From assembly GCA_000004985.1 (NCBI GenBank), contig GG738853.1: a stretch of DNA of 64,000 nt, one strand, 5' to 3'. Below are positions 11,502 to 20,129 of this stretch, piece by piece. Made by a program: the position numbers and the translations under genes. How positions within the stretch are numbered: position 1 is the first letter of the stretch; each line of letters begins with the position of its first letter. The notes below the pieces were generated by a model that worked only from the letters and a program-made list of their open reading frames with translations, had not been told where the DNA came from and searched no databases. Source of the DNA: Naegleria gruberi. Taxonomy: Eukaryota.

Positions 11502-13058
11502 AAGTTCTTTCAAACATTCTTGAGCATCAACAACAAACTTTTCTTCAGTGTATCTATCAGCACTCTTTCTGGCATTTTCTTGAATTTCTTTCATTTCTTC
11601 AGTGTGATATCTTGACAAAATATCATTGATTGCTTGTGAGTATTCCTTTTCAGTTTCAGCCAAGAAACCAGTCTTGTTTGGAGTGACGATATCAGATTTT
11701 GGTCCTCCAGAATTGTGCGAAAGAGTTATCAAACCAGCAGCCATATATTCAACAACACAAATTCCAAAATGTTCATTCCACATTGAGTGAATTCCTATCA
11801 TAGATTCACCAAGCTTTTCTAATAATTGAGAGAATGGAGCGTTAGTGATAATTTCAAATTGGGATGATGGAATTTCCATATCTTGTGCAAGTTTTTTAAG
11901 ATAGTCAACTCTTGCACTATCTTCTTCATTTCTACAACCTCCCAACAGAATAAGTTTGACATCCTTTTTAGAAATTCTTGTACTTCCTCCCAAATCATAT
12001 TCTTCATTTTTTAAGAATGAAGAGAATGCTCTAACTTGCAGAGCATGATCCTTTTCAGGTCTAAATTGACCAACGGACAAAATGTATGGCTTTCTTGTTT
12101 CATGAGCTAATGGAACAGTTGTTAAATGATCAACATTGCATGGAGGATAGACAATTTCAATATTCAAACGAGATTTTTTGATCTTTCTATTTCTTAACCA
12201 CCACAATGATTTAACATGTCCATGAGTCCAAGTGGAATTTACCATAACCATATCACAGAAGTATCCAGCAAAGAAGCCATAGAGAGCTGAGAAAATCTTG
12301 TAATAAGTCAATTTAAGACTTGTTTTTAAAGTACTGTTAGTAACACTGTCATCATTATTGTAAGCTGTCACTCTTTTAACAACTCTTTCCAACATATCAG
12401 TACTAATGGTTGGATAATGAGTATAAGATCCAACCTTACATCCAGCCAATTTAGCAACAAAGTAAGTAAATGGCAATCCATGAGTATCAATGAAAACATC
12501 AGGTGTATAGGTGCTAACAGCTTCCCATCCTAACATGATACTTGCCAAGCTTTGTCCAATAAGTGTTAATCTTGCTTTTGAAGCTGCTTCCAATAAATCT
12601 CTATTATATAAAAACACAACTTGAACAGGTCTATCCAATTCAATATTAAAAATCTTTTTAACCTTATCAGTAAGAATTTTTTCATATTGTTCTTCAGTGA
12701 TATTTTGAAAAGTTCCATTTTCATTAAGAGGTTTTCCAGAAAAGAGAACAACATGAACATCATCTCTCAATTGTTGAAGTGCTTTAATTATCCACCACAA
12801 AACACGTTCTCCTCCGGCACATCCTTCACTATATGGATGCATAAAAGCAACAACAGTTTCATCTTTTGGTGTTCGGAATTTACTTCTACAAGCCTTCTTT
12901 ATCGATGGGAAATAATTTACTCTGAGATAAATAATCACAAAAATTAAACTGATCACACTCAACACTGATTGATACCACATCAAATGAAACAGTGATGATT
13001 TTAAAATAAAATCAGGAATAATTCCCGATAGAAAAGTCTCTGGTGAAAAGAAGGTCAT
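11493..13058 (-). CDS. ALG11: GDP-Man:Man3GlcNAc2-PP-dolichol alpha-1,2-mannosyltransferase (ALG11, GT4)
   Basis: The protein has an N-terminal TM segment. FMHPYSEGCAGGERVLWW and NEHFGICVVEYMAAGLITLSHNSGGPKSDIV match ALG11 signature regions by eye. Confidence 0.87.
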   Translation of the reverse strand: MTFFSPETFLSGIIPDFILKSSLFHLMWYQSVLSVISLIFVIIYLRVNYFPSIKKACRSKFRTPKDETVVAFMHPYSEGCAGGERVLWWIIKALQQLRDDVHVVLFSGKPLNENGTFQNITEEQYEKILTDKVKKIFNIELDRPVQVVFLYNRDLLEAASKARLTLIGQSLASIMLGWEAVSTYTPDVFIDTHGLPFTYFVAKLAGCKVGSYTHYPTISTDMLERVVKRVTAYNNDDSVTNSTLKTSLKLTYYKIFSALYGFFAGYFCDMVMVNSTWTHGHVKSLWWLRNRKIKKSRLNIEIVYPPCNVDHLTTVPLAHETRKPYILSVGQFRPEKDHALQVRAFSSFLKNEEYDLGGSTRISKKDVKLILLGGCRNEEDSARVDYLKKLAQDMEIPSSQFEIITNAPFSQLLEKLGESMIGIHSMWNEHFGICVVEYMAAGLITLSHNSGGPKSDIVTPNKTGFLAETEKEYSQAINDILSRYHTEEMKEIQENARKSADRYTEEKFVVDAQECLKELLI

Positions 13059-13210
13059 TTTTTTTGATGTTTCTAATTAATTTAAGATTTGAAAATTTGG
13101 AGATGTATTTAACATAATTTTAGTGGCACGTGTTTGAATGAAAAACACGAATATCAAGATTTTTGTTTTGTTACAGGTGTTTGTGTTGTTGTTCCTTGTT
13201 ATTCCTCACG

Positions 13211-13465
13211 ATGAGGAGATTATTAGCCAATCTTTATGGCTTGACCTTTATCGAACTTTTTTATCAAAAACTCTCAAATTCCAATCAGACCACTCTAGAC
13301 GCTCTACTGCACTCAATCTTAACCCAAATCCTTCAAATGTTGCACAGAGTCCTTAATTGCCTAAAAGTGTGGTCTCAGGTCGTTATTGATACAAGATACT
13401 TTGATAAACTTACACCTTTTATAATCGAAACCTTTCTCTCACCGTTCAACAGACACCAAGTTTAA
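13211..13465 (+). CDS. possible small helical protein (84 aa), unknown function
   Basis: The ATG at 13211 lies inside ORF 13163..13465 (MRRLLANLYGLTFIELFYQKL...). There is no recognisable family. It sits between the ALG11 start and tRNA-Pro and could be spurious. Confidence 0.25.
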   Translation: MRRLLANLYGLTFIELFYQKLSNSNQTTLDALLHSILTQILQMLHRVLNCLKVWSQVVIDTRYFDKLTPFIIETFLSPFNRHQV

Positions 13466-13487
13466 ATTTCGAAGGTTATTATCGTAA

Positions 13488-13559
13488 GGGACCATGGTCT
13501 AGTGGTATGATTCTCGCTTTGGGTGCGAGAGGCCGTGGGTTCGATTCCCACTGGTCCCC
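13488..13559 (+). tRNA. tRNA-Pro (UGG)
   Basis: 72 nt. The acceptor GGGACCA pairs with TGGTCCC. The D-arm GGTCTAGTGGTATGATT is nearly identical to human tRNA-Pro. The anticodon stem CTCGC/GCGAG carries loop TTTGGGT, and the T-arm is GTGGG-TTCGATT-CCCAC. Confidence 0.92.
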
Positions 13560-13716
13560 TTTCCTTTCATGTAACTTTGAAAATTCCAACTTTAATATGT
13601 TTTGCTTATTGGAATTTTGTATAAAATTCGTGTTATTGCCTTAGTTCAATAAATTTAGTTTAAGGTTTAAATTGAGTTTTTTGGGTACCTCCAATAAAAT
13701 TAATTGTAAAACAATC

Positions 13717-13782
13717 CTCCCATGCCGGGAATTGACCCTCCTGGGTGAAAGCCAGGTATCCTAGCCATTGGACTACACGGGA
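13717..13782 (-). pseudogene. tRNA-Glu (UUC)-like copy with a 6-nt deletion removing the 5' strand of the T-stem
   Basis: It is almost identical to the intact tRNA-Glu at 31313..31384. The exception is that AGGTCCGGGTTCAATT is reduced to AGGGTCAATT. The copy is 66 nt instead of 72, and the T-stem cannot form. Confidence 0.7.
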
Positions 13783-13991
13783 TCTCATTCACAATGAGAA
13801 TATTCTCATTTTATAGATAAATGCTGAAAACTCTCAGATTTTAGAAAACCTCGAGTTCCCCTCTCAAAATAAGACTCAAAAGCCTTAAAAGAATGGTTAT
13901 ACGATCTTGGTACCTGGTAATAAGTACCATCACTGATATTTATCGAAGTGATGAAAATTTGGGTGTACCCAAACGCCTTAATAAAACAAAA

Positions 13992-14109
13992 GACTACAGC
14001 ACCACAGGTTCCCAAGTTGTCTCCAACCTCAGTACTGATGTGGCTCGACGATGCTTAACTTCTCAAATCGGACGGGATGAGGTGCATTCATCGTGATATG
14101 GCCGTAGCC
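13992..14109 (-). rRNA. 5S ribosomal RNA
   Basis: The reverse complement reads GGCTACGGCCATATCACGATGAATGCACCTCATCCCGTCCGATTTGAGAAGTTAAGCATCG...AGTACTGAGGTTGGAGACAACTTGGGAACCTGTGGTGCTGTAGTC. The eukaryotic 5S blocks are conserved (ACGGCCATA, GAAGTTAAGC, AGTACT, TGGGAA). Helix I forms 9 bp between the termini, and a TTTT run follows immediately downstream. Confidence 0.88.
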
Positions 14110-14211
14110 ATTGATAATATCAAAATCTTAATACTGAATAAGAAACCGAATCTTGTACATTAAACATTAATAAGAATAGCGAACTGTTAATTTACGTAAG
14201 CAAAAAAGGAG

Positions 14212-14277
14212 TAGCAAATCTAGGTTTCGATCCTAGGACCTATGGGTTATGAGCCCATCGCGCTGCGCCAATTTGCT
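14212..14277 (-). pseudogene. initiator-type tRNA-Met (CAU)-like copy with truncated D-arm
   Basis: The reverse complement is AGCAAATTGGCGCAGCGCGATGGGCTCATAACCCATAGGTCCTAGGATCGAAACCTAGATTTGCTA. The acceptor, anticodon arm (CAT) and T-arm are intact, and the T-loop is the initiator-type ATCGAAA. Only 10 nt lie between position 9 and the anticodon stem, where about 17 are expected. The copy is 66 nt in total. Confidence 0.6.
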
Positions 14278-14860
14278 TTTCATTTACCTATTAAAATTTA
14301 GTCCAACTTTCAAGCGGTTTAACATGGCCTTTGAGACTTGATCATATTTCTGATTTGTAAGTGTTTCTATATCCATAGTTATCCAATTACATTATTCAAC
14401 ATTCTATCAATCCTCTCTAATCCTAAACAATCACTTCGAATATTAGTTGACTGCCAAGCTCGAATTTGATTCTTAGTCAACAAAATCAATTTGACCGGTT
14501 TAAAAAGTATTTTCCGGTCCTCTCTTCCACCAATCACTCTCTTTACTGACTCGAAAGACGACGTACCTCACAGTTCATACAGTCAAAGACTGTAGCGGGA
14601 CAGTCGCCATATTCCTGGCAGGCTTCCCGTCTAGTAAAATTAATTGAAAAGTTTCAAATTGTTGTAAATCACAACTACACTGTAAATTTGATTCTTTATT
14701 GTTTTAAAGTTGTGCATTTGAAACTCGTTCTTTACAAAGAAGGAATTCTAATATTAAGGTAAAACTAACTTTAAATAATATTTTCAAATACTATACACTT
14801 AATTAAATTTGAAAATATTATTTATATAAATAATAATGAAAAAAAATAAACAATTGGTAT

Positions 14861-16240
14861 TTACATATTTACAGTTTGTTGATTGACTCGTTGTTGAGCT
14901 TGAATTCTTGTTGAGAAACCGTTGAGTCCTCTCTGTTCAACTCTAAATGAAGTGGCACTACAAGCTAATTTCACACTTTCAAATACTTGTTCGCTTGAAA
15001 ATGAAAGTTTGTTGGAAGTATTTGCTGTTGAATTCCTCACAAGTAACTCAGCAACAAAACAAGATAGAAAAGTATCACCAGCTCCAGTTTCGTCCAAAAC
15101 TCTAACTGGTTTGTAGGAAGAGAAATATTTAACAATTGGTGTTGAACTATTTGATCTCAACCTAGGCAAAGACAATTGAATATTTTCTCCTTCGCAAGCA
15201 CAAACACAACCAGATGATCCCATTGTAACTGTTACAATTGGAAATCCATAATTCTTTTGAATATGGTATGCACATTCTTCAGGTGTCATTTCAGAGCTAT
15301 TTGGAATACATTTCTTTGCTTCATCATGATCTAATTTAATGACTGAAATAATCTTACTCAAAGTTTCCAACACTTCCTCTAAATATTCGATAGTATTATG
15401 AGAAACTTGACCACTTTCTGTATCAATTTTTCTCAAATAACCCTGAATATCAGTACAAACTAGAAAATCTGACTGAATTTCTTTAAAAACCTGATTTGTA
15501 AAAGCATTCACAAAGTGATGATCAAACTCTGCAGCTACTGGAACAAAGAGCAATGCTCTAACTTGATGTAATTCTCTAATCATTAAATTAATTGATTCAT
15601 CTTGTTTGAAAATACTTCCTCTATCTCTACAATTCAAGCTTCTACTGTTAGAAGCATTTTCAAGTGAATCAAATGGAGGATATAATAATTCATATTGAGT
15701 TAATTTAGATGATTGATCTTCCTCAACAAGAATCATGTCAAACATTTTCATTCTTTTTAAATGTTTGGCTTCTGACAGATCAGGTTGGAATGTCTTGTGA
15801 AATTGCTTATTAATTATTGGAGATTCACATGCAACCATTGTTATTGAATCATCTTCATTAGCAGCATGTTCCAACCCATTGAAAAACTGACTCAAAATCA
15901 TCACATCATGTTTTCCAATTTTAGTCAATATTTTAGGATGAATTTTAAAATGTTGATTATTAGAATAATACATTTGATTATCAATATTCTTCATATAATG
16001 TTGAAAGGCTAAACATCCAAACATGACTGATCCTCCGAGTGATTTGTTGACTATTTTTCTATATCCTTGATAATGAATTGAATTAGCATCTTCATCGGAA
16101 TTTAATTCTTGTTCAATGTGATGATGTTGTGATGATGAAATACCATTCGGAGTATGTTGGTGATGATCTTTCTCAAAGGTAATAATTGTATCTTGAGTGA
16201 TATTACCAACGAATATTACTTGTTTTTCATTCAACATCAT
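14861..16240 (-). CDS. PfkB-family (ribokinase-like) carbohydrate kinase
   Basis: 459-aa ORF. The N-terminus has VIFVGNITQDTII and the C-terminus has DETGAGDTFLSCFVAELL, the PfkB signature 2 (DTxGAGD). The substrate is not inferable. Confidence 0.72.
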   Translation of the reverse strand: MMLNEKQVIFVGNITQDTIITFEKDHHQHTPNGISSSQHHHIEQELNSDEDANSIHYQGYRKIVNKSLGGSVMFGCLAFQHYMKNIDNQMYYSNNQHFKIHPKILTKIGKHDVMILSQFFNGLEHAANEDDSITMVACESPIINKQFHKTFQPDLSEAKHLKRMKMFDMILVEEDQSSKLTQYELLYPPFDSLENASNSRSLNCRDRGSIFKQDESINLMIRELHQVRALLFVPVAAEFDHHFVNAFTNQVFKEIQSDFLVCTDIQGYLRKIDTESGQVSHNTIEYLEEVLETLSKIISVIKLDHDEAKKCIPNSSEMTPEECAYHIQKNYGFPIVTVTMGSSGCVCACEGENIQLSLPRLRSNSSTPIVKYFSSYKPVRVLDETGAGDTFLSCFVAELLVRNSTANTSNKLSFSSEQVFESVKLACSATSFRVEQRGLNGFSTRIQAQQRVNQQTVNM

Positions 16241-16731
16241 TTTGGAATATTGACTTGCACCACTTGTTCTTTTTTGATTTAAACGAAGGCAATTTGTTTC
16301 ACTGTGTTTACTTGTTGTCGTTTGCTTCTAGTTTTGGTTTTTTTCTATTAATTACCAATATTCAGTTAAGCGTTTTATATTTATTATTGAGGGACTTTTT
16401 CGTGTACCATAAAATAAGAGGGAGCAACAAGTTTGAACTTTGCAACCGATTTTTCAAATGTTCATCAAGGTTTTCTCAAAGTGTGATTGTGGGCCTAGTA
16501 ACTTGTATCTCTTCAATATGAAATAATGTTGGAAGAAGGTTGTTTAGCTATTGAGATCTATTCTTAACTCAATTAGAATCTAATTCTTATTTTATATTTA
16601 TGATAATAATAGGAGTATTGAAGTGTCAGTGTAAAGGCAGAGAAAGAAAGTTTACAATAATTTATACAATAGCTATTCCATTTACTAATCCAATTTTTGA
16701 CAAAATTTTAGAAATTTAATAATCAAAATAA

Positions 16732-17565
16732 ATGAAATTTATTAAAAAAATGTCTGAAAATAATCTGTTGATTGTTCACGCCTTGAGGAAGACTAATAGC
16801 AGCAGCGATAATGCTACTGTAGAATATACACAAGAGGAAATTTTAGAACAAGTGATCGGGATTGATAATTTTGTGAAGGAGAATAATATTAAATTAAAAT
16901 TACAAACTAAATATTATAGTGCTGATATTAATATACATTTTTGGAATGTTGAAAAGGAGAGTGTTTGTCCTTTTGATTGGAAAAGTTCTTCCGTGCAAGT
17001 GATTGTTGGTATTCCTGATTATCAATCGGATATGGTTTTGGAAGCAATTTTAAAATATAGTAATGAGATTGAATCTGGTTTTATTTATCATTTAGAACAA
17101 CCAAATGAAAAACTGGCAAAAGAATCACAATCTTGGTGTGTTGATAACAATTTTGAAATGGTTGTGAAAAATTTTACTGAAGAAAAAACTGATAATGGAA
17201 TTATTGAGGAGAAACAAGGTATTAAACGATTGATGGAAGCTATTGAATGTACAATGTGGCCAGCAATGAATAGAATTGATCCAAAGGCAGTAAAGGCTCA
17301 ACAAGAATCTTCCAAGAAAGAAGAGAAGCCAATCGAACAAATCAAAGATGCTAAAGAATTATTAGGCAGTGAAGCTGAAATTGTGGAAGAGGATGAAAAA
17401 GAAATTGAATCATTCGAACGTCTAATGCATGAAATTCTCAATATTAGAAAGGATAGTAAAACTATTGGAGATGATGAAAGAAAGAAGAGAGCTGAATTGG
17501 CCACCCTCAAACTCTTGTCAATGATGGGAGATGAAGATGAGTATTTATCTGATGAGGATTATTAA
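16732..17565 (+). CDS. AAGAB: alpha/gamma-adaptin-binding protein p34 homologue
   Basis: By eye it resembles human AAGAB at TKYYSADINI, SQSWCVDNNFEMV, GIKRLMEAIECTMWP and ESFERLMHEILNIRK...ERKKRAE...LSDEDY. The start could instead be the second ATG at 16750. Confidence 0.78.
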   Translation: MKFIKKMSENNLLIVHALRKTNSSSDNATVEYTQEEILEQVIGIDNFVKENNIKLKLQTKYYSADINIHFWNVEKESVCPFDWKSSSVQVIVGIPDYQSDMVLEAILKYSNEIESGFIYHLEQPNEKLAKESQSWCVDNNFEMVVKNFTEEKTDNGIIEEKQGIKRLMEAIECTMWPAMNRIDPKAVKAQQESSKKEEKPIEQIKDAKELLGSEAEIVEEDEKEIESFERLMHEILNIRKDSKTIGDDERKKRAELATLKLLSMMGDEDEYLSDEDY

Positions 17566-17644
17566 ACTACTAAAAGTGTAAATAAAGACTTGTCAGTTGA
17601 CTTTCAAGAATGAAAATTGTTTTGAATATAAATTAATTATTTGT

Positions 17645-19483
17645 TTATCTCATATTTCCCATACCACCCATCATTTGTTGTTGTCTTTGTTGATCGTGTT
17701 GATTTTGTTCACTTTCTGGATTCTTGACAGTTTCATCAACTGACAGAACGAGAGTAGCAGCTTCGATCGAGGAAACGAGAGCATTTCTCTTAATGAGAGA
17801 TGGTTCCCAAACAAAGTTGTTAAAATTATCAGCAACATCTTCAGTCTTCATGTCAACACCATACCAAACACCATCCTTGTCTTGATGCTTCTTTCTCAGC
17901 TTATTCAAAATATTTGTAGCATCAAAACCAGCATTTTCAGATAATTGTCTTGGAATAATTTCAAGAGCTTTAGCGAAGGCCAAAATGATTAATTGAGATT
18001 TACCCTTAATACTTCTAGCATGGCTCTTCAAGTGAGCACTGATATCCATTTCAACAGCACCACCACCAGCAACAATTGATGTATTCTTCAAAGTTCTTCT
18101 GACGACCATGATAGCATCGTGCAATGATCTTTCAGCTTCAGCAATGAATTGTTCAGCACCACCACGCAAAACAACAGTAGCAGTCTTGGAGTGAGCACAT
18201 TCAGTGAAAATGTTAAATCTTTCATTACCAACTTGTCTTTCTTCAAAGAGTCCACAAACACCCAAATCAGAATCATTAACCTTTGAGACAGTAGTCAAAA
18301 TCTTAGAACCAGTAGCCTTTGTGACACGGAGCAAATCATCTTCAGCAACACGACCAGCACAGAAAAGTCCTCTATCAGCAAAGTATTGAGTAGCAAGATC
18401 ACCAATGGCCTTCTTGGAAAGGACAATCTTAGCACCACTAGCAACAATCTTTTCCAATTTATCATAAATAATCTTCCATTCAGCATCAACAATAGATTGA
18501 TATTGTTCTGGGTTATTCAACTTGATTTCAGCGTTATCCTTTTCAGCCTTCAATTCAAGTTCAATATTGAGAGTAATAATTTTAGGAGAAATAAACTTCT
18601 TAGGTTGTTGTTCAAAACCAGCATATGAGAAACTCTTCTTGAAAGCAACACCCTTAACGAGGAAAGATTCTTGCATAGAACCACCTGGAACTTGTTTAAC
18701 ACCAATTAAATCAATATCCAAATCATCATCCAATGAAAGAACAGAATCAACAACCATTTCAGAGAAGTGATCGGATTCAATACCACCAATCAATTTAGAT
18801 GAAAGTGATGTTCTGGCAATCTTTCTAAGAAGGTCTCTAGTCTTGTTATTGTCGGTTTTATCAATTTGTACAGCAATTTCTTCCAATCTCTTCAATGCAA
18901 TTCTAAGAGCTTCTCTATAGGCTTTAATGATGAGTTGTGGATGGACACCTTCTTGTATAAATTGTTTGGCTTCCTTCAAGAATTCACCTGCCAAAATTGT
19001 TGTTGTTGTTGTACCATCACCAACTTCACTATCTTGTGATTTAGCAATATCTACTAAAAGTTTAGCTGCTGGATGGACAACATCCAACAATTTAAGAATA
19101 GTGGCACCGTCGTTTGAGATTGTAGCACGACGACCATCGTGTATAAGTTTATCCATTCCTCTAGGACCAAGAGTGGTCTTAATAACATCAACAATAGCAT
19201 AACAAGCGTCAATGTTTGATAAGAGTTGTCCAACACCTTGTGAGGTATCTGTACCATCCTTCAAGAGGATTATGCTAGGTTGCTATAATAATATTCCAAT
19301 ATTATCAATTTGTTGTTGTTGTATATCGAATGATGATGATGAATCCAACAGTTGTTTTCAAAAGAGTTCAAGAAAGTCATCAAAAGTTTTACATTAAAGT
19401 GAGTGTATAAAATCCGTAACATTAATAGGATGAATATTTGTTAACAACTACTCATTCTTCTAACATACCATCATATGAGACAT
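17645..19483 (-). CDS. CCT7: T-complex chaperonin subunit eta (exons 19483..19469, 19282..17645)
   Basis: A 15-nt first exon (ATGTCTCATATGATG) ends at GTATGT (donor at 19468). The acceptor TATAG lies at 19284-19283, in phase 0. The product reads [21 protein letters not shown]...[11 protein letters not shown]...[19 protein letters not shown]...GDGTT, matching human CCT7 closely. The intron is 186 nt. Confidence 0.93.
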
Positions 19484-20129
19484 TTTGTATTCCTAATCTT
19501 TTTGTTGTTGTATCGATTGTACAAAAGGTAGTACTCTGGAGGTTAATAGCAGGGTACTTATTTTTTTCGGATTTGTTTTCCGTGTTTCTTACAAAAATGA
19601 AGGCAAGATGATGAGAGAACATCAACCTACAAAATGTATGACAAGTTAGTTGTTTGTATTATTATTATTAAATAATAGAATAGGCTTGTATTTTGTATGG
19701 TTGAGTTCAACAAGCATATAATCATGTAGGAGAAATTTTGAAGAGGTTAATGGACACTGTAGGATTAGATGATTTTGAATATTATTATGATGACAATTAT
19801 TGTATTTTAAAATCATATTGTTGTTCTTAATAATAGCTGATCTCTTATTGATAATTTTGAGAACATATAAAATTGTTTAAAAAGATGAAGGTCTTTGATC
19901 AATCATATTTAATATTTATTGCTCTATCGTAAAGGTGATGGAAATAAAATCATCTAATTGTCATCACACAATAAAATCTAATTTAAAAAAAAATTATTGT
20001 GATAAAGACAAGAAAATCATCAACAGTTTGTGAGTGTTTATTGCCGATAAAGAGTTGATCATCACATTGTCATCACATCATCATCAGAACAGAATTGAAA
20101 TTATTTATTATTATTAAAAATAGAAGATA

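Noticed and set aside
13806-14096. ORFs 13806..14015 (minus) and 13893..14096 (plus)
   Set aside because: They overlap the 5S rRNA gene and its flanks, and the RNA-gene interpretation explains the sequence far better.
14609-14622. ATATTCCTGGCAGG, reminiscent of the U1 snRNA 5' end (ATACTTACCTGGCAGG)
   Set aside because: The essential ACTTACCTG 5'-splice-site-pairing sequence is not intact. Nothing downstream resembles U1 stem-loops or an Sm site, so this is probably chance.
6236-19397. Many 60-90 aa ORFs nested in or antisense to the CCT4 and CCT7 genes, and similar ones within PMM, ALG11, TRAPPC11, LIN9 and SCOT
   Set aside because: All lie inside strongly supported conserved CDSs in other frames or on the other strand, and none has family resemblance.
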